DNA of 64,000 bases, from contig OY970332.1 of assembly GCA_963717435.1 (NCBI GenBank), forward strand, positions 544,001 to 608,000. Direction: 5' to 3'. Shown one piece after another: positions 8,322-18,156 of the stretch. Position numbers and translations under genes: made by a program. The notes beneath the pieces are model-generated. The model made no database searches. It was not told the origin of the DNA and worked only from the letters and a program-made list of their open reading frames with translations. Numbering within the stretch: position 1 is the first letter of the stretch; every line of letters begins with the position of its first letter. The DNA comes from an uncultured bacterium. GTDB taxonomy: Bacteria > Babelota > Babeliae > Babelales > Babelaceae.

Positions 8322-10364
8322 ATGTGCGGTATTGCTGGTTTTGCGAACATAAAAAATTCAAAATTTTCAATACAAGATTCACAACTTGATGTTTTACACA
8401 ACTCAATCGCCCACAGGGGCCCTGACGGATTTGGAATCTGGAAATCTGATAAATTTGAAACAGCTTTTGTTCACAGAAGATTAGCGATTGTAGATCTAAC
8501 TTCTGGCGGCCATCAGCCTATGCTAGACGATCAAGAAAAAATAGTAATCACTTTTAATGGTGAGATTTATAATCACGAATCTATTAGAGCAGAACTTGAA
8601 AAACTGGGGCATAATTTCAGATCACGTTCTGATACAGAAGTAATAATTTACGCTTATAAACAGTGGGGGATATCTTGTTTGGATAAACTAGAGGGTATGT
8701 TTGCTTTTAGTTTATTTGATTTGAACAAAAATGAACTTTATCTTATTCGCGATCGAATTGGCGTCAAGCCATTATATTTTAGTTTGCAGAATAATATCTT
8801 AAGTTTTGGCTCAGAAATCAAAGCATTATTTAGTCTAGATTTTGTTGAAAAAATTTTGAGCCCTCAGGGGATTTATCACTATCTTACTTATCTTGTCACC
8901 CCGGCACCATTAACTATTTATCAAGATATATACAAACTTCCCGCTGGGTATTATTTGAAATTAGACTCACAGAAAAATATTAGTTTTGTTAGATGGTATG
9001 ACCCTCTAGCACTGTCTTCCGACGTCCTGCTTCCAGCCGTCGACAAATCCCAACCCGCTCATCCCGAGTGTTCTACGAAGCCTTGGCGAAGTAGAATGTA
9101 TCGAGGGACGCAGGGCGGGCCCGGCGCGCTACCCGAACAATTTTACGCAGATAAACTTCTTGAACTTTTAGACTCGTCAGTAAAAAAGCGACTAATGTCA
9201 GACGTGCCGCTAGGCGTTTTTCTTTCAGGCGGGGTCGATTCGAGTTTGTTATTGGGGCTAATGTCAAGACATACAGACAATTTAAAAAGTTTTAATATAG
9301 CTTTCGATTCTGGGGGCGATTATAACGAACAGAAATACGCACGCAAAATAGCTAATATATTTAAATCGCAACATACAGAACTTGTTATTGGCGAAAAAGA
9401 GGCGTTCGAATTTTACCCCCGCATGATATACTATCAAGACGAGCCTTTGGCGGACTGCGTTTCTATCCCGCTGTATTATATTTCCCAAAGTTTACGTGAT
9501 TCTGGCGCTCGTGTTGTCCTAATCGGTGAGGGGGCAGATGAGCTATTTTTTGGTTATAGCATGTACGCAAAATATCTGCGCGCAAATAATATTTTATCTA
9601 AATTTAATTTTTTACCAGGTAGTTTAAAAAAAATAATAAGTTTATCTGCTTCAAAAATTGCGCCAGAAAAGTATTCTCTTGTAGATCTGCTTGATAACTG
9701 GTCAAAATCCAGGCCCATATTTTATTCTGGTGCCATTGCTTTCCCTGAAAGCATGAAAAAAGAATTTTTTATTGCACAAAATTTTTCAGAAGACCCTATA
9801 ACTTCACAAATTTACCCGGATATATCTCAGGGCTTTGATAGCTATGAATATTTAAATTACCATGCAAAAAATTTTACTAATTCAACACAAATTGGGAATG
9901 ATAATTTTTCTAATCTCATGTTATATCTAGAATTAAAAAACAGACTTCCAGAATTGTTACTAATGCGCGCTGACAAGATGACCATGGCGGCGTCAATAGA
10001 GGGCCGCGAGCCATTTTTGGATCATAGTTTAGTTGAATTTGCTTTTAATATCCCCACAGATTTAAAATACAAAAATGGGACCACAAAATATATTTTGAAA
10101 AAAGCAGCTGAAAAAGTTTTGCCCCATGATATTATTTATCGCAAAAAAGTTGGCTTTGCGGCCCCAACCAAATTGTGGTTTGAAAATGGCAAATATTTTA
10201 AACCATATTTTCAGGATTTACTAACTACAAAAAGAGATTCTATAAAGCAGTATTTTGATATAAATTTTATTGAAAATATGCTCAAACAGCACCAGGATGG
10301 CAGTAAAAATTATGCTGATCAACTTTGGACATTGCAAAATTTATTTAGCCTAGATTGTTTTTAA
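8322..10364 (+). CDS. asnB: Asparagine synthetase (glutamine-hydrolysing) family amidotransferase, polysaccharide-cluster type
   Basis: MCGIAG, HRGPD, FNGEIYN, SDTEV, RDRIGVKPLY, LSGGVDSS, GEGADELF, REPFLD. Confidence 0.95.
   Translation: MCGIAGFANIKNSKFSIQDSQLDVLHNSIAHRGPDGFGIWKSDKFETAFVHRRLAIVDLTSGGHQPMLDDQEKIVITFNGEIYNHESIRAELEKLGHNFRSRSDTEVIIYAYKQWGISCLDKLEGMFAFSLFDLNKNELYLIRDRIGVKPLYFSLQNNILSFGSEIKALFSLDFVEKILSPQGIYHYLTYLVTPAPLTIYQDIYKLPAGYYLKLDSQKNISFVRWYDPLALSSDVLLPAVDKSQPAHPECSTKPWRSRMYRGTQGGPGALPEQFYADKLLELLDSSVKKRLMSDVPLGVFLSGGVDSSLLLGLMSRHTDNLKSFNIAFDSGGDYNEQKYARKIANIFKSQHTELVIGEKEAFEFYPRMIYYQDEPLADCVSIPLYYISQSLRDSGARVVLIGEGADELFFGYSMYAKYLRANNILSKFNFLPGSLKKIISLSASKIAPEKYSLVDLLDNWSKSRPIFYSGAIAFPESMKKEFFIAQNFSEDPITSQIYPDISQGFDSYEYLNYHAKNFTNSTQIGNDNFSNLMLYLELKNRLPELLLMRADKMTMAASIEGREPFLDHSLVEFAFNIPTDLKYKNGTTKYILKKAAEKVLPHDIIYRKKVGFAAPTKLWFENGKYFKPYFQDLLTTKRDSIKQYFDINFIENMLKQHQDGSKNYADQLWTLQNLFSLDCF
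9054..9119 (+). repeat. GC-rich nested-hairpin palindromic element inserted in frame in asnB
   Basis: CCCGCTC-ATCCC-GAGTG-TTCTAC-GAA-GCC-TT-GGC-GAA-GTAGAA-TGTATCGA-GGGA-CGCA-GGGCGGG; same architecture as 23457-23530. Confidence 0.75.
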
Positions 10365-10372
10365 GTTTATTT

Positions 10373-11395
10373 ATGCTTGTACAAGAACACAGTTACTCGA
10401 AAAATATTTATAATCAAAAAATATTAATATTTGGTCCCAAGTCTCCACCAATTGGCGGCGTATCCGTGCATATTGAAAGAGTTTCTGAAGTTTACCAAAA
10501 AAATAATAATTTAATTGAGTTATTTGATTGCACAACTGAGATTACTGGGCAAAATAAATTTTCTTATGCTCTTAAAATTTTTAAACTAATAAATAAATTT
10601 AAGCCCGATATTATCGATTATCACACCAGTTTTTTGAAGTATTATATTCCCGAGTTATTTATTTTAGTTTTATTAAAAATATTTTTTAAATTTAAAATAA
10701 ATATTATTGATCATGACCCAAGATATTTATATAAAAAAACTTATTTTCAAAAAAAAATATTAAATTTTTTGAAAATATTTATCGACCAGCAGATTATTAT
10801 AGGCAGTTCAACGTATCAGAGTTATCTAGATAACAAGATTAAGTTAAGAAAAAATTTCTCGATTCAGTCACCATTTTTGCCTCCAGGGGACTTTCAGCTT
10901 CAAGATTTACTTAAAACTTATCCTGAAAGCTTATTTAAATTTATAAACTCGCACAAAAAAATAATACTAATGAACGCATTTAATATCGGATTGCTGGAAA
11001 GTGGCCAAGACCTATACGGGGTCGATGTTGCCATAGATTTAGTTAAATTTTTAAATTCAGATCTTGCTTTTGTTAATCAAATTGGGCTAGTTTTGCTTTA
11101 TCAAACTTGTGACGAAAAATATTTGAGTGTGATAAAAGATAAAATAAGAAATTTAAACCTAAAAAATAATATATATTTTCTTAAAGGCAATTATATTTTG
11201 TGGCCACTATTTTCAAAAGCAACAATATTTATAAGACCAACAAGAAGTGATAGTTGGGGGATAAGTATAGAGGAGAGTTTATATTTTGGCGTTCCAGCTG
11301 TAGCAAGCGATGTTTGCCAAAGGCCAAAAGGTGCGATACTTTTTGATGTTAATAACGAACAGGATTTTCATAAAAAAGTTTATAATTGTTTATAA
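10373..11395 (+). CDS. GT4-family (GT-B) glycosyltransferase
   Basis: PPIGGVSVHI and FIRPTRSDSWGISIEESLYFGVPAVASD motifs. Confidence 0.85.
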   Translation: MLVQEHSYSKNIYNQKILIFGPKSPPIGGVSVHIERVSEVYQKNNNLIELFDCTTEITGQNKFSYALKIFKLINKFKPDIIDYHTSFLKYYIPELFILVLLKIFFKFKINIIDHDPRYLYKKTYFQKKILNFLKIFIDQQIIIGSSTYQSYLDNKIKLRKNFSIQSPFLPPGDFQLQDLLKTYPESLFKFINSHKKIILMNAFNIGLLESGQDLYGVDVAIDLVKFLNSDLAFVNQIGLVLLYQTCDEKYLSVIKDKIRNLNLKNNIYFLKGNYILWPLFSKATIFIRPTRSDSWGISIEESLYFGVPAVASDVCQRPKGAILFDVNNEQDFHKKVYNCL

Positions 11396-11424
11396 TTATT
11401 TGAGTTTAATAAAAAGGCAAAGTT

Positions 11425-12339
11425 ATGAGCGCAATACTGACCAGCGTGATATTATGCACTAGAAATCGACCCGATGACGTTAAACAATTTTTGCAATCTT
11501 TGATCAAACAGACTTGTCCCCCCAACGAATTAATAGTGGTAGATAGCAGCACGGATCCGCTTAATTTGAATCCTGAGTTTAATAGTTTATTTGATAATAA
11601 AAATTTTCCCGAAACTAAACTAATTTATAAACACTCTGACCCGGGTCTTACGTTGCAACGCAATATAGGCATAAGTTTGACCCACGCAGAGGTCATATAC
11701 TTTTTTGACGACGACACTGTTTTAAGTCCAACTTATATTTCCGAAATGAATGATGTTTTTATAAATCATCCGGAATATGGCGGAGGGATGGGTTGTGTTA
11801 CAAATTTGGAACCCAAAAAGACTGGGCTTGGAAGAATCTTTAGGCAGTTTTTCTTACTACAGAGAGATTATTCTTCTGGTAAATTTACAGCTTCAGGTAT
11901 GCCAACACACACTTATGGTATTACAAAATTTCGCGATATACAGGTTCTTGGTGGCTGTTGCATGGCTTATAGATCTTATGTATTTTTCAAAAACAAGTTT
12001 GATGAAAAATTGAGATTTTATGGCGCTATGGAAGATTGCGATTTTTCCAAGCGCGTATCACAAAATTGCAAACTTTTTTATAATCCCGATGCAAAACTCC
12101 AGCATTTGCAAAGTCCAATAAATCGCGACAAAATAGAAGATTTATCTGCCATGTATATTAAAAATTATTCTTATTTGTTTTTTAAAAATTTTTATCCAGA
12201 AAATAGACTAAGAATTTTTGCTTATTACTGGAGCGTACTGGGCTTAATTTTAGAGTCTAAAATTTTAAAACAAGAAGATAAGTTTAGGGGTTATTTGCGA
12301 GGCCTAAAAGAATATGGGATCAGAGAAAAGAATATTTAA
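11425..12339 (+). CDS. GT2-family glycosyltransferase
   Basis: SVILCTRNR, VVDSS, FFDDD, GCCMAYR, FDE, EDCDF. Confidence 0.92.
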   Translation: MSAILTSVILCTRNRPDDVKQFLQSLIKQTCPPNELIVVDSSTDPLNLNPEFNSLFDNKNFPETKLIYKHSDPGLTLQRNIGISLTHAEVIYFFDDDTVLSPTYISEMNDVFINHPEYGGGMGCVTNLEPKKTGLGRIFRQFFLLQRDYSSGKFTASGMPTHTYGITKFRDIQVLGGCCMAYRSYVFFKNKFDEKLRFYGAMEDCDFSKRVSQNCKLFYNPDAKLQHLQSPINRDKIEDLSAMYIKNYSYLFFKNFYPENRLRIFAYYWSVLGLILESKILKQEDKFRGYLRGLKEYGIREKNI

Positions 12340-12413
12340 ATTTATTTTAAAAAGCCACAAAAACATTATACTTAAGCATATTTTTTAATATCTTAATTAT
12401 ATTTTGGGGTGTC

Positions 12414-12833
12414 ATGAAAAAAGTTTTTTTGTTACTTTCGTTTTTGTTTGCCACATTTTCATCTTCTTGCATGAATCATCTGAGCGATGTGGATTGTCAT
12501 ATTAAATTTATTGTTTCTGGCAATAAGCATGAAACTCACATGAACACGGGTGATGCATCAATATGGTGGGGAGAGCCGCGCCCTCTTGGAGAGTTTGACT
12601 TCTCTGTTGATATTTATGATTCAGGATCTTTTGCTATTTTGCAATTTAAGATATTCAAACAATCTCAGAATGGGGACAGATCTTTAATCGCGCGGCAAAA
12701 AATCCAGGCAAATTGGGATATGTTGCATAGAGAAATGATTTTTTACTTGGATATCGATAATAAAACCCAAAAGAGTTTTGTCTTAGAAGTAACCGCAACC
12801 AGAAAGCAGCAATCTGAAGTTCTAACAAACTAA
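12414..12833 (+). CDS. Secreted hypothetical protein
   Basis: Signal peptide MKKVFLLLSFLFATFSSSC then Met; beta-rich body. Confidence 0.7.
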   Translation: MKKVFLLLSFLFATFSSSCMNHLSDVDCHIKFIVSGNKHETHMNTGDASIWWGEPRPLGEFDFSVDIYDSGSFAILQFKIFKQSQNGDRSLIARQKIQANWDMLHREMIFYLDIDNKTQKSFVLEVTATRKQQSEVLTN

Positions 12834-12843
12834 ATTTTAATTC

Positions 12844-13203
12844 TTAATTGTAAAATTCGTTCCAGGCTGTACCGAAAAGCGAACTTAAAGTGTTGTCCGC
12901 GATCAAGTCGATCGAATGTTGATCGTTTGCTATCGCAAATTTGTGTATGGCAGCAAAACCTTCAAACAATTCTTGTATTAGATGTTGTGGGTCTCCCGGC
13001 CATCTGCTATTTCCAGCTTTGTTTCGATTTTGATAAAATTCTTTTAATAATTTTTTATTTTGAAAAAAAATTGCCGCATCCTCAAAAGTCGGCGCGCCTT
13101 TGGCAATAACTTTTTCTATGGTTAATTTAGATGTAAAAATATTAGTGCTGCCCAAGGTAAGTATCGCAAATAGAAATTTGTATAAATTCATAAACTGTTC
13201 CAT
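12844..13203 (-). CDS. Secreted hypothetical protein
   Basis: Signal-like MNLYKFLFAILTLGSTNIFT. Confidence 0.6.
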   Translation of the reverse strand: MEQFMNLYKFLFAILTLGSTNIFTSKLTIEKVIAKGAPTFEDAAIFFQNKKLLKEFYQNRNKAGNSRWPGDPQHLIQELFEGFAAIHKFAIANDQHSIDLIADNTLSSLFGTAWNEFYN

Positions 13204-13307
13204 ACGTTATTTTGTAAAAAATATGATAGTTATTTTAAATTATAAATTCTCAAAAAACCAGCTAATTTAAAGTTTTTTTTTAATAATAATAAAAAATTTT
13301 AAGTTTT

Positions 13308-14641
13308 TTATTTAGTAGATAATTCGACTCTATCGTGCGTTATGTAATTACTTTCAGTCAGAACTTTATTTCCATAATAAATTGTAACTGCAAAATAGAT
13401 TGCATAGGAAAATGTTGTTGAAGAAACTGCCCCATAGGCGCCGAATTTTGGAACCAATAGCAAGTTTAAAAAAATATTTAAAGTTGCGGGTATACAAAAA
13501 GACAAAGACAGAAACTTTGTCTTCTTTTTAAACTGTATAATACTGCAGGAAAAATATGTCCCCATTAAGAAAATATAGCCGATTAGCAGTGGCCACAAAT
13601 AGTTGGTTACTTGAAGATATTGTGGTGGTAAAACAAAATTTAATATTTTTTTTGCTACAAAAAACCCAAAAGTTATAACCAAAAATATTCCCATCATGCT
13701 GGCCCACATGATTTTTCTGTTTTTTTGTTCTATAAATAAAAGATTATTTTTGTTTTTTGCAAAACTTTCAAAAAGTTCAGGCAAATAAGAGCCACTTAAT
13801 GGCTGCAGAATTAGTAAATAAAAAAGTTGTCCAAGACTATCTGTTAAAGAATAGATCCCAACCTCATGCATGCTGCAGTATCTTGATAGAATTATTTTAT
13901 CGCAGGAAGATAGCACCCATGCAAAAATCATGCCGGGAATAAACGGCGCGCCGGAGTATATATATTTCTTAATTAATTCAAAATCTATTTTGTATAACCC
14001 TGCTCTTATACTTGCAGTTATAGTTAAATTTGCTTTTCGCTTTAAATACTCATAAATTGCAAATAAAGCTGGGATAATTAGCGCGATTAAGTTAGCAAGT
14101 GCGATCCCAATGATATTGAATTCAAAGTATAATACTAAAATTAAATTTGAAGTTATAGACAGTATGGCACTTGAAATTTGCACGAACGTACAATAAAAAG
14201 CTTTATGTTGATATCTTAGTATCTGAAAAAAAGCTCAGAAAAAAACGAAAAGAAACAAGTTAATAGAGAAATAAATATTAAATTGGTTGTTGCTGCATTT
14301 AAAAAATAAAGCTTATTTATTGTGGGTATTGAAAAAAACAAAATAAAAATTATTGGCACAGAAACCAAAAGATAAACTGTGACTATATCAATCAAGATTT
14401 TTTTTCTACTGCTATTATCGTGATGGAAAAAATCTAGCCAGAGGGCTTGTCTTAGGCCAAGTCCCAAGAAAATTGCTAGCACTGTTGAAAAGCTGGTCGC
14501 CAAAGAAAAAATGCCATATTGTGCTGGGCTTATAACTTTTAAATTTAATGGTATAACTATTGCCTGTGCTAATTTTAAAAAAATAGCGCCGCCAGAATAT
14601 ATAAAAAAATTTTTTATAATATTTTTATAGGTTAGTGACAT
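13308..14641 (-). pseudogene. wzx: Wzx-type oligosaccharide flippase, split by a frameshift (possible sequencing error)
   Basis: ORFs 14216-14641 and 13308-14183 are the two halves (YGIFSL...GLGL; DKIIL...VGIYS...LNLLLVPKFGAYGA). One extra T in the 7-mer run at 14226-14232 joins them (ELFFQILRYQ), giving 444 aa. Confidence 0.85.
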
Positions 14642-14674
14642 TTATTATTCCCAAAATTAAGAAAGATAAAAATC

Positions 14675-15082
14675 ATGTTTAATTATAAATCAAAAACCGT
14701 GGAACAGTTGTTAAGATACATGTTAGTTGGCGGCGCTGCAACATTGATCGATTTGTCTCTATTCTCAATTTTGATATATATCTATTCTATGCATTATAAT
14801 ATTGCGATAGTTGCCGGCTTTTTTGTGGGAGTATTTGTTAATTTCATGCTTTGCAACGCATTTGTTTTTAGTCGTGGAAAGATATCATTCAGAAATGCTT
14901 TAGCGCGCCATTATGCAGCAAGTATGGCAGGGTTTGTGATCAATTTTACTTTATTTCAATTTTGGCAAGAAGCTGTAGTCTCAGACAGGCCAGTTTTGGG
15001 CAGAATCGTGGTTGCCGCATTAACTTTCGTGTTTAATTTTTTTGCATTTAAAAGATTTTCTTTTTTGGAGCATCGTGTCTAA
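14675..15082 (+). CDS. GtrA family protein
   Basis: QLLRYMLVGGAATLID...VNFMLCNAFVF...FNF four-TM pattern. Confidence 0.9.
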   Translation: MFNYKSKTVEQLLRYMLVGGAATLIDLSLFSILIYIYSMHYNIAIVAGFFVGVFVNFMLCNAFVFSRGKISFRNALARHYAASMAGFVINFTLFQFWQEAVVSDRPVLGRIVVAALTFVFNFFAFKRFSFLEHRV

Positions 15083-15098
15083 CCGGTCTAATATTTTT

Positions 15099-15716
15099 TT
15101 AAGCTTGGTTTTCTCTTCTTCTTGCAACCATTATTGCAATAAACAGAGTAGATAATATTATTAGTAAAACATAAAAAAGATTTACGGCGCCCGTTAATTT
15201 TCCTACAAGAGTATAATGTGCCATAAATAAGCAATATAATCCGCCTAAAACCAAACCTATAGCCACTGGAATAGTTTTAATCGCCGTTCCAAACAGAAAC
15301 GAAGTTGTCCCGGCAAGTAAAGCAGCGTAAAACAGAGTTGTCTCGTGCCACAGGATCGCAGGCATAATTTTTTCGTCAATTATTTTTTCTTTTTCTTTAA
15401 GTTCTTTTTTCAGTTCTGCTTTTATTTTTTTTGCCTCTTCTATTTCATCTAAGATTATTTTTTGATTATTTTTATAATCTGAGCTTGTATATTTTACACT
15501 TGTATAAGCTTTATCCAGCTCTTTAATTTTATCTTTTAGTTTATTGATTTTTTTTCTCAGTTTATCGACATCTTTAAATTCTTGAACGTTTTCCAAGTTT
15601 GGTTTTGGTGCAAGCGCCACTACAAATTTGTAAATAGCGACTGGAATTATTGCGCCAATTAAAAGTCCCAGTAATAATTGTCTTTTTAGATATATCAATA
15701 TAAGTTTTATTTCCAT
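15099..15716 (-). CDS. Membrane protein with coiled coil (paralog B)
   Basis: One TM, a Lys/Glu coiled coil, then three TMs. Confidence 0.75.
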   Translation of the reverse strand: MEIKLILIYLKRQLLLGLLIGAIIPVAIYKFVVALAPKPNLENVQEFKDVDKLRKKINKLKDKIKELDKAYTSVKYTSSDYKNNQKIILDEIEEAKKIKAELKKELKEKEKIIDEKIMPAILWHETTLFYAALLAGTTSFLFGTAIKTIPVAIGLVLGGLYCLFMAHYTLVGKLTGAVNLFYVLLIILSTLFIAIMVARRRENQA

Positions 15717-15717
15717 A

Positions 15718-16356
15718 TTAGCCCCTACTTTTTGACTGTTTATTTTTCTTGGTATCTTCTTCTTGATATAATTTGTAGGTTACAAATATTACAAGTGCCA
15801 GCAGAACCAAAATTTGAACCAACTTTGTTATATCGCTTAAGTCTTGCCAATAACTTAAGTTCCCTAAAATTATAGAAAATACCCCACCCATAATAAGACC
15901 AGATTTTACTGCGCTTATTTTTATAAATATCCCAGATAAAATTGCCAAAATCCCAATAAACTGTGATATATAAAATAAAGCTTTTTTTGATGTATTTGCT
16001 GAATCGCCATATTTTTTACCAAAATCATCTTCTTTTTCTTTGCGCAGATTTTTTAAGTTTTTTATATCCTTTTTAACTTCTAGTATTTCGTTTTTGAGAT
16101 TATTTATTTTTGATCGATCTTGAAATTCTTCAGATTTAAGCAAAGATATTTCAAGCTCTTCCAGATTATTTTTTTTATCTTTTAATTTGGTAATTTTCTT
16201 AGAGATTTTGTTTATTTCTATATATTCGGGCGATAGATATATATTAAAATTGGGGTTTAATATTAAAGCTAGATAATAACCAAATGCGGGAATTAAAAGG
16301 GCTATAGTGAAATTCAAAAGCAAGTTTCTAGTGCTTGCTGCCATCTTATCGCTCAT
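15718..16356 (-). CDS. Membrane protein with coiled coil (paralog A)
   Basis: Same architecture as the neighbour; SD GGAGA before ATG 16356. Confidence 0.75.
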   Translation of the reverse strand: MSDKMAASTRNLLLNFTIALLIPAFGYYLALILNPNFNIYLSPEYIEINKISKKITKLKDKKNNLEELEISLLKSEEFQDRSKINNLKNEILEVKKDIKNLKNLRKEKEDDFGKKYGDSANTSKKALFYISQFIGILAILSGIFIKISAVKSGLIMGGVFSIILGNLSYWQDLSDITKLVQILVLLALVIFVTYKLYQEEDTKKNKQSKSRG

Positions 16357-16663
16357 ATAGTCTCCAGAATTAAAGTTTATCGACAAATAAGTTCTTCGAC
16401 ATTCTAATTCATGGGGTCCAATATTAGCAATAAATTATTGCCAATAATTTATGAATTATAAATTTAGCGTATTTAGGCACTTGCATTCTGATCTTTTTTA
16501 GAACATAATTTAAACAAGCAGTTGAAAAATGTCCGTACTTATAAGCAAATTTACTTAAATTGGTGCCTGTCGCCTTGTATCAATTTGTAATTTGAATTAT
16601 AATAAATCCCATAAGTAAGATCATTTAAAATTTTTAACTTTTTTTATTCGTAAGAAGTTTCAT

Positions 16664-17095
16664 ATGTTTTCAAAAATAAAATTTTTTCTACTTCCCCTAA
16701 TTTCAGCTGCACTATTTTCTAATATTAATTCTTGCTACCAATGTACAGGTTTTTTCTCAGACTGTTCTAGCTCAAAGCAAAGCTCTCAAGATGACAAATA
16801 TGCATCTAATTCACATGTTCCAGATTATGAAATTCGCGCACCGAAGGAAGACTCGCATTTGTTGGAAGCGATGGAAGCTCTTAAAATTTTTGGTGGCACA
16901 GGACTTGCTGAAAAAATGAGTTATGATGACGCTGTCCAGTTAGGAAAAGCGATCAGAAAAGCAATAAAAAAACAGCAAGAGTCTGGCAAAGAAGAAAGAA
17001 CAGGGATTAAAATACGTGCAACTGGATCTGCAGATAATTCCGGCTCGGTTTCGCCGACCATTGGGACACCTCCAAATGAATTTGACAAAAAATAA
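16664..17095 (+). CDS. Secreted hypothetical protein
   Basis: Signal peptide followed by CYQC and Ser-rich segment. Confidence 0.65.
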   Translation: MFSKIKFFLLPLISAALFSNINSCYQCTGFFSDCSSSKQSSQDDKYASNSHVPDYEIRAPKEDSHLLEAMEALKIFGGTGLAEKMSYDDAVQLGKAIRKAIKKQQESGKEERTGIKIRATGSADNSGSVSPTIGTPPNEFDKK

Positions 17096-17117
17096 AAAAA
17101 TAAATTAGTTAAAAATA

Positions 17118-17151
17118 ATAAAAATAGCCTGATTTTTCAGGCTATTTTTAT
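17118..17151. terminator. Bidirectional intrinsic terminator
   Basis: ATAAAAATAGCCTGA-TTTT-TCAGGCTATTTTTAT between convergent genes. Confidence 0.85.
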
Positions 17152-17178
17152 GCTCTAAATTTTAAGTTATTTTCTGTA

Positions 17179-18123
17179 TTATTCGTTTTCAACTATCGCT
17201 TTTGGTCTAGGCGTGTAAAGTTTTAAAACCTTATTGGCAACAAATCCCATTTTTTCCAATTTTTTAATCATCTCTTCGCTTGTGACGTCTACTGCGATTG
17301 TCACTTTATCGCAGTCTTTGTTTATAGCTTTATAGCAAAGTTCAATTATCATTTCTTTTTTATATTTATTCCAATCTCCACCTTCAATCCCAGGGCTTTT
17401 CATTGTTTGAATTACATCCAAATAAGCAGCGCGTTCTTCGTTTCCTTCAAGACTTGGGAACTCTATTATTCCTGTGACTATTGGTCTCTCGTTATGGGGC
17501 TCATCAAATTTGTAATATCCAACATAGCCTCGCACCAAGTCTTTTTTGTCTATTTTTGTAATATCAAATTTTGAATAATATTCTTTTACTGTGTTTGGCA
17601 ATTGAGAATTGCTCTCCTGTATTAATTCGAAATCGCCGAGTGTTTCTTTGCTCTTTGCTCTCGCGAGTTTCAGGTCAGTTTCAATAATATCTTCTGGCCT
17701 ATATCCTTCCAAGTTTTTTGTCATGGAAATAAAACTTGCGCATTGCAACAAGCCATTTTCTTTTAGAGATTCTTCCAGTTTTTTCGATTCTTCAGATTCA
17801 ATTAAATACCAAAGACAGGGTCTGTTTTTTTCTGTAAAATAACCAACTATTTCTTCGACCTTTTCTTCAGATATATTTTTTGCGCCCGCAAAAACGTAGT
17901 TATATATTGGGTTATCAATTCCAGAATCTACCCATATTAAATCGTTATTTTTCGTAATTTGTGCCCCGAAGACCCTCTGGGGAAAATATACCATGTATTC
18001 TCTCATAAGGGACGTTAGAGCCCGCTCATTCGAAGAAGTTTCTTCTTCTTTGAGATTTTTATCCATGGGCACAATATTTGGTGCAACGACAAAAATTAAA
18101 CTTAGGGATAATAATTTTTTCAT
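17179..18123 (-). CDS. Secreted GNAT-fold-like protein
   Basis: Signal peptide; SGIDNPIYNYV...YF...PCLW and C-terminal LEKMGF resemble tandem GNAT acetyltransferases. Confidence 0.55.
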   Translation of the reverse strand: MKKLLSLSLIFVVAPNIVPMDKNLKEEETSSNERALTSLMREYMVYFPQRVFGAQITKNNDLIWVDSGIDNPIYNYVFAGAKNISEEKVEEIVGYFTEKNRPCLWYLIESEESKKLEESLKENGLLQCASFISMTKNLEGYRPEDIIETDLKLARAKSKETLGDFELIQESNSQLPNTVKEYYSKFDITKIDKKDLVRGYVGYYKFDEPHNERPIVTGIIEFPSLEGNEERAAYLDVIQTMKSPGIEGGDWNKYKKEMIIELCYKAINKDCDKVTIAVDVTSEEMIKKLEKMGFVANKVLKLYTPRPKAIVENE

Positions 18124-18156
18124 AATTTCTCCTAAAAAATTAAAAGCTATAAAAAC

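Noticed and set aside
9015-9135. Intein or self-splicing intron in asnB
   Set aside because: Too short, with no intein C/S...HN termini and no group I/II intron core.
9073-9267. Arg-rich antisense ORF crossing the asnB insert
   Set aside because: It is a by-product of the GC-rich palindrome; there is no independent support.
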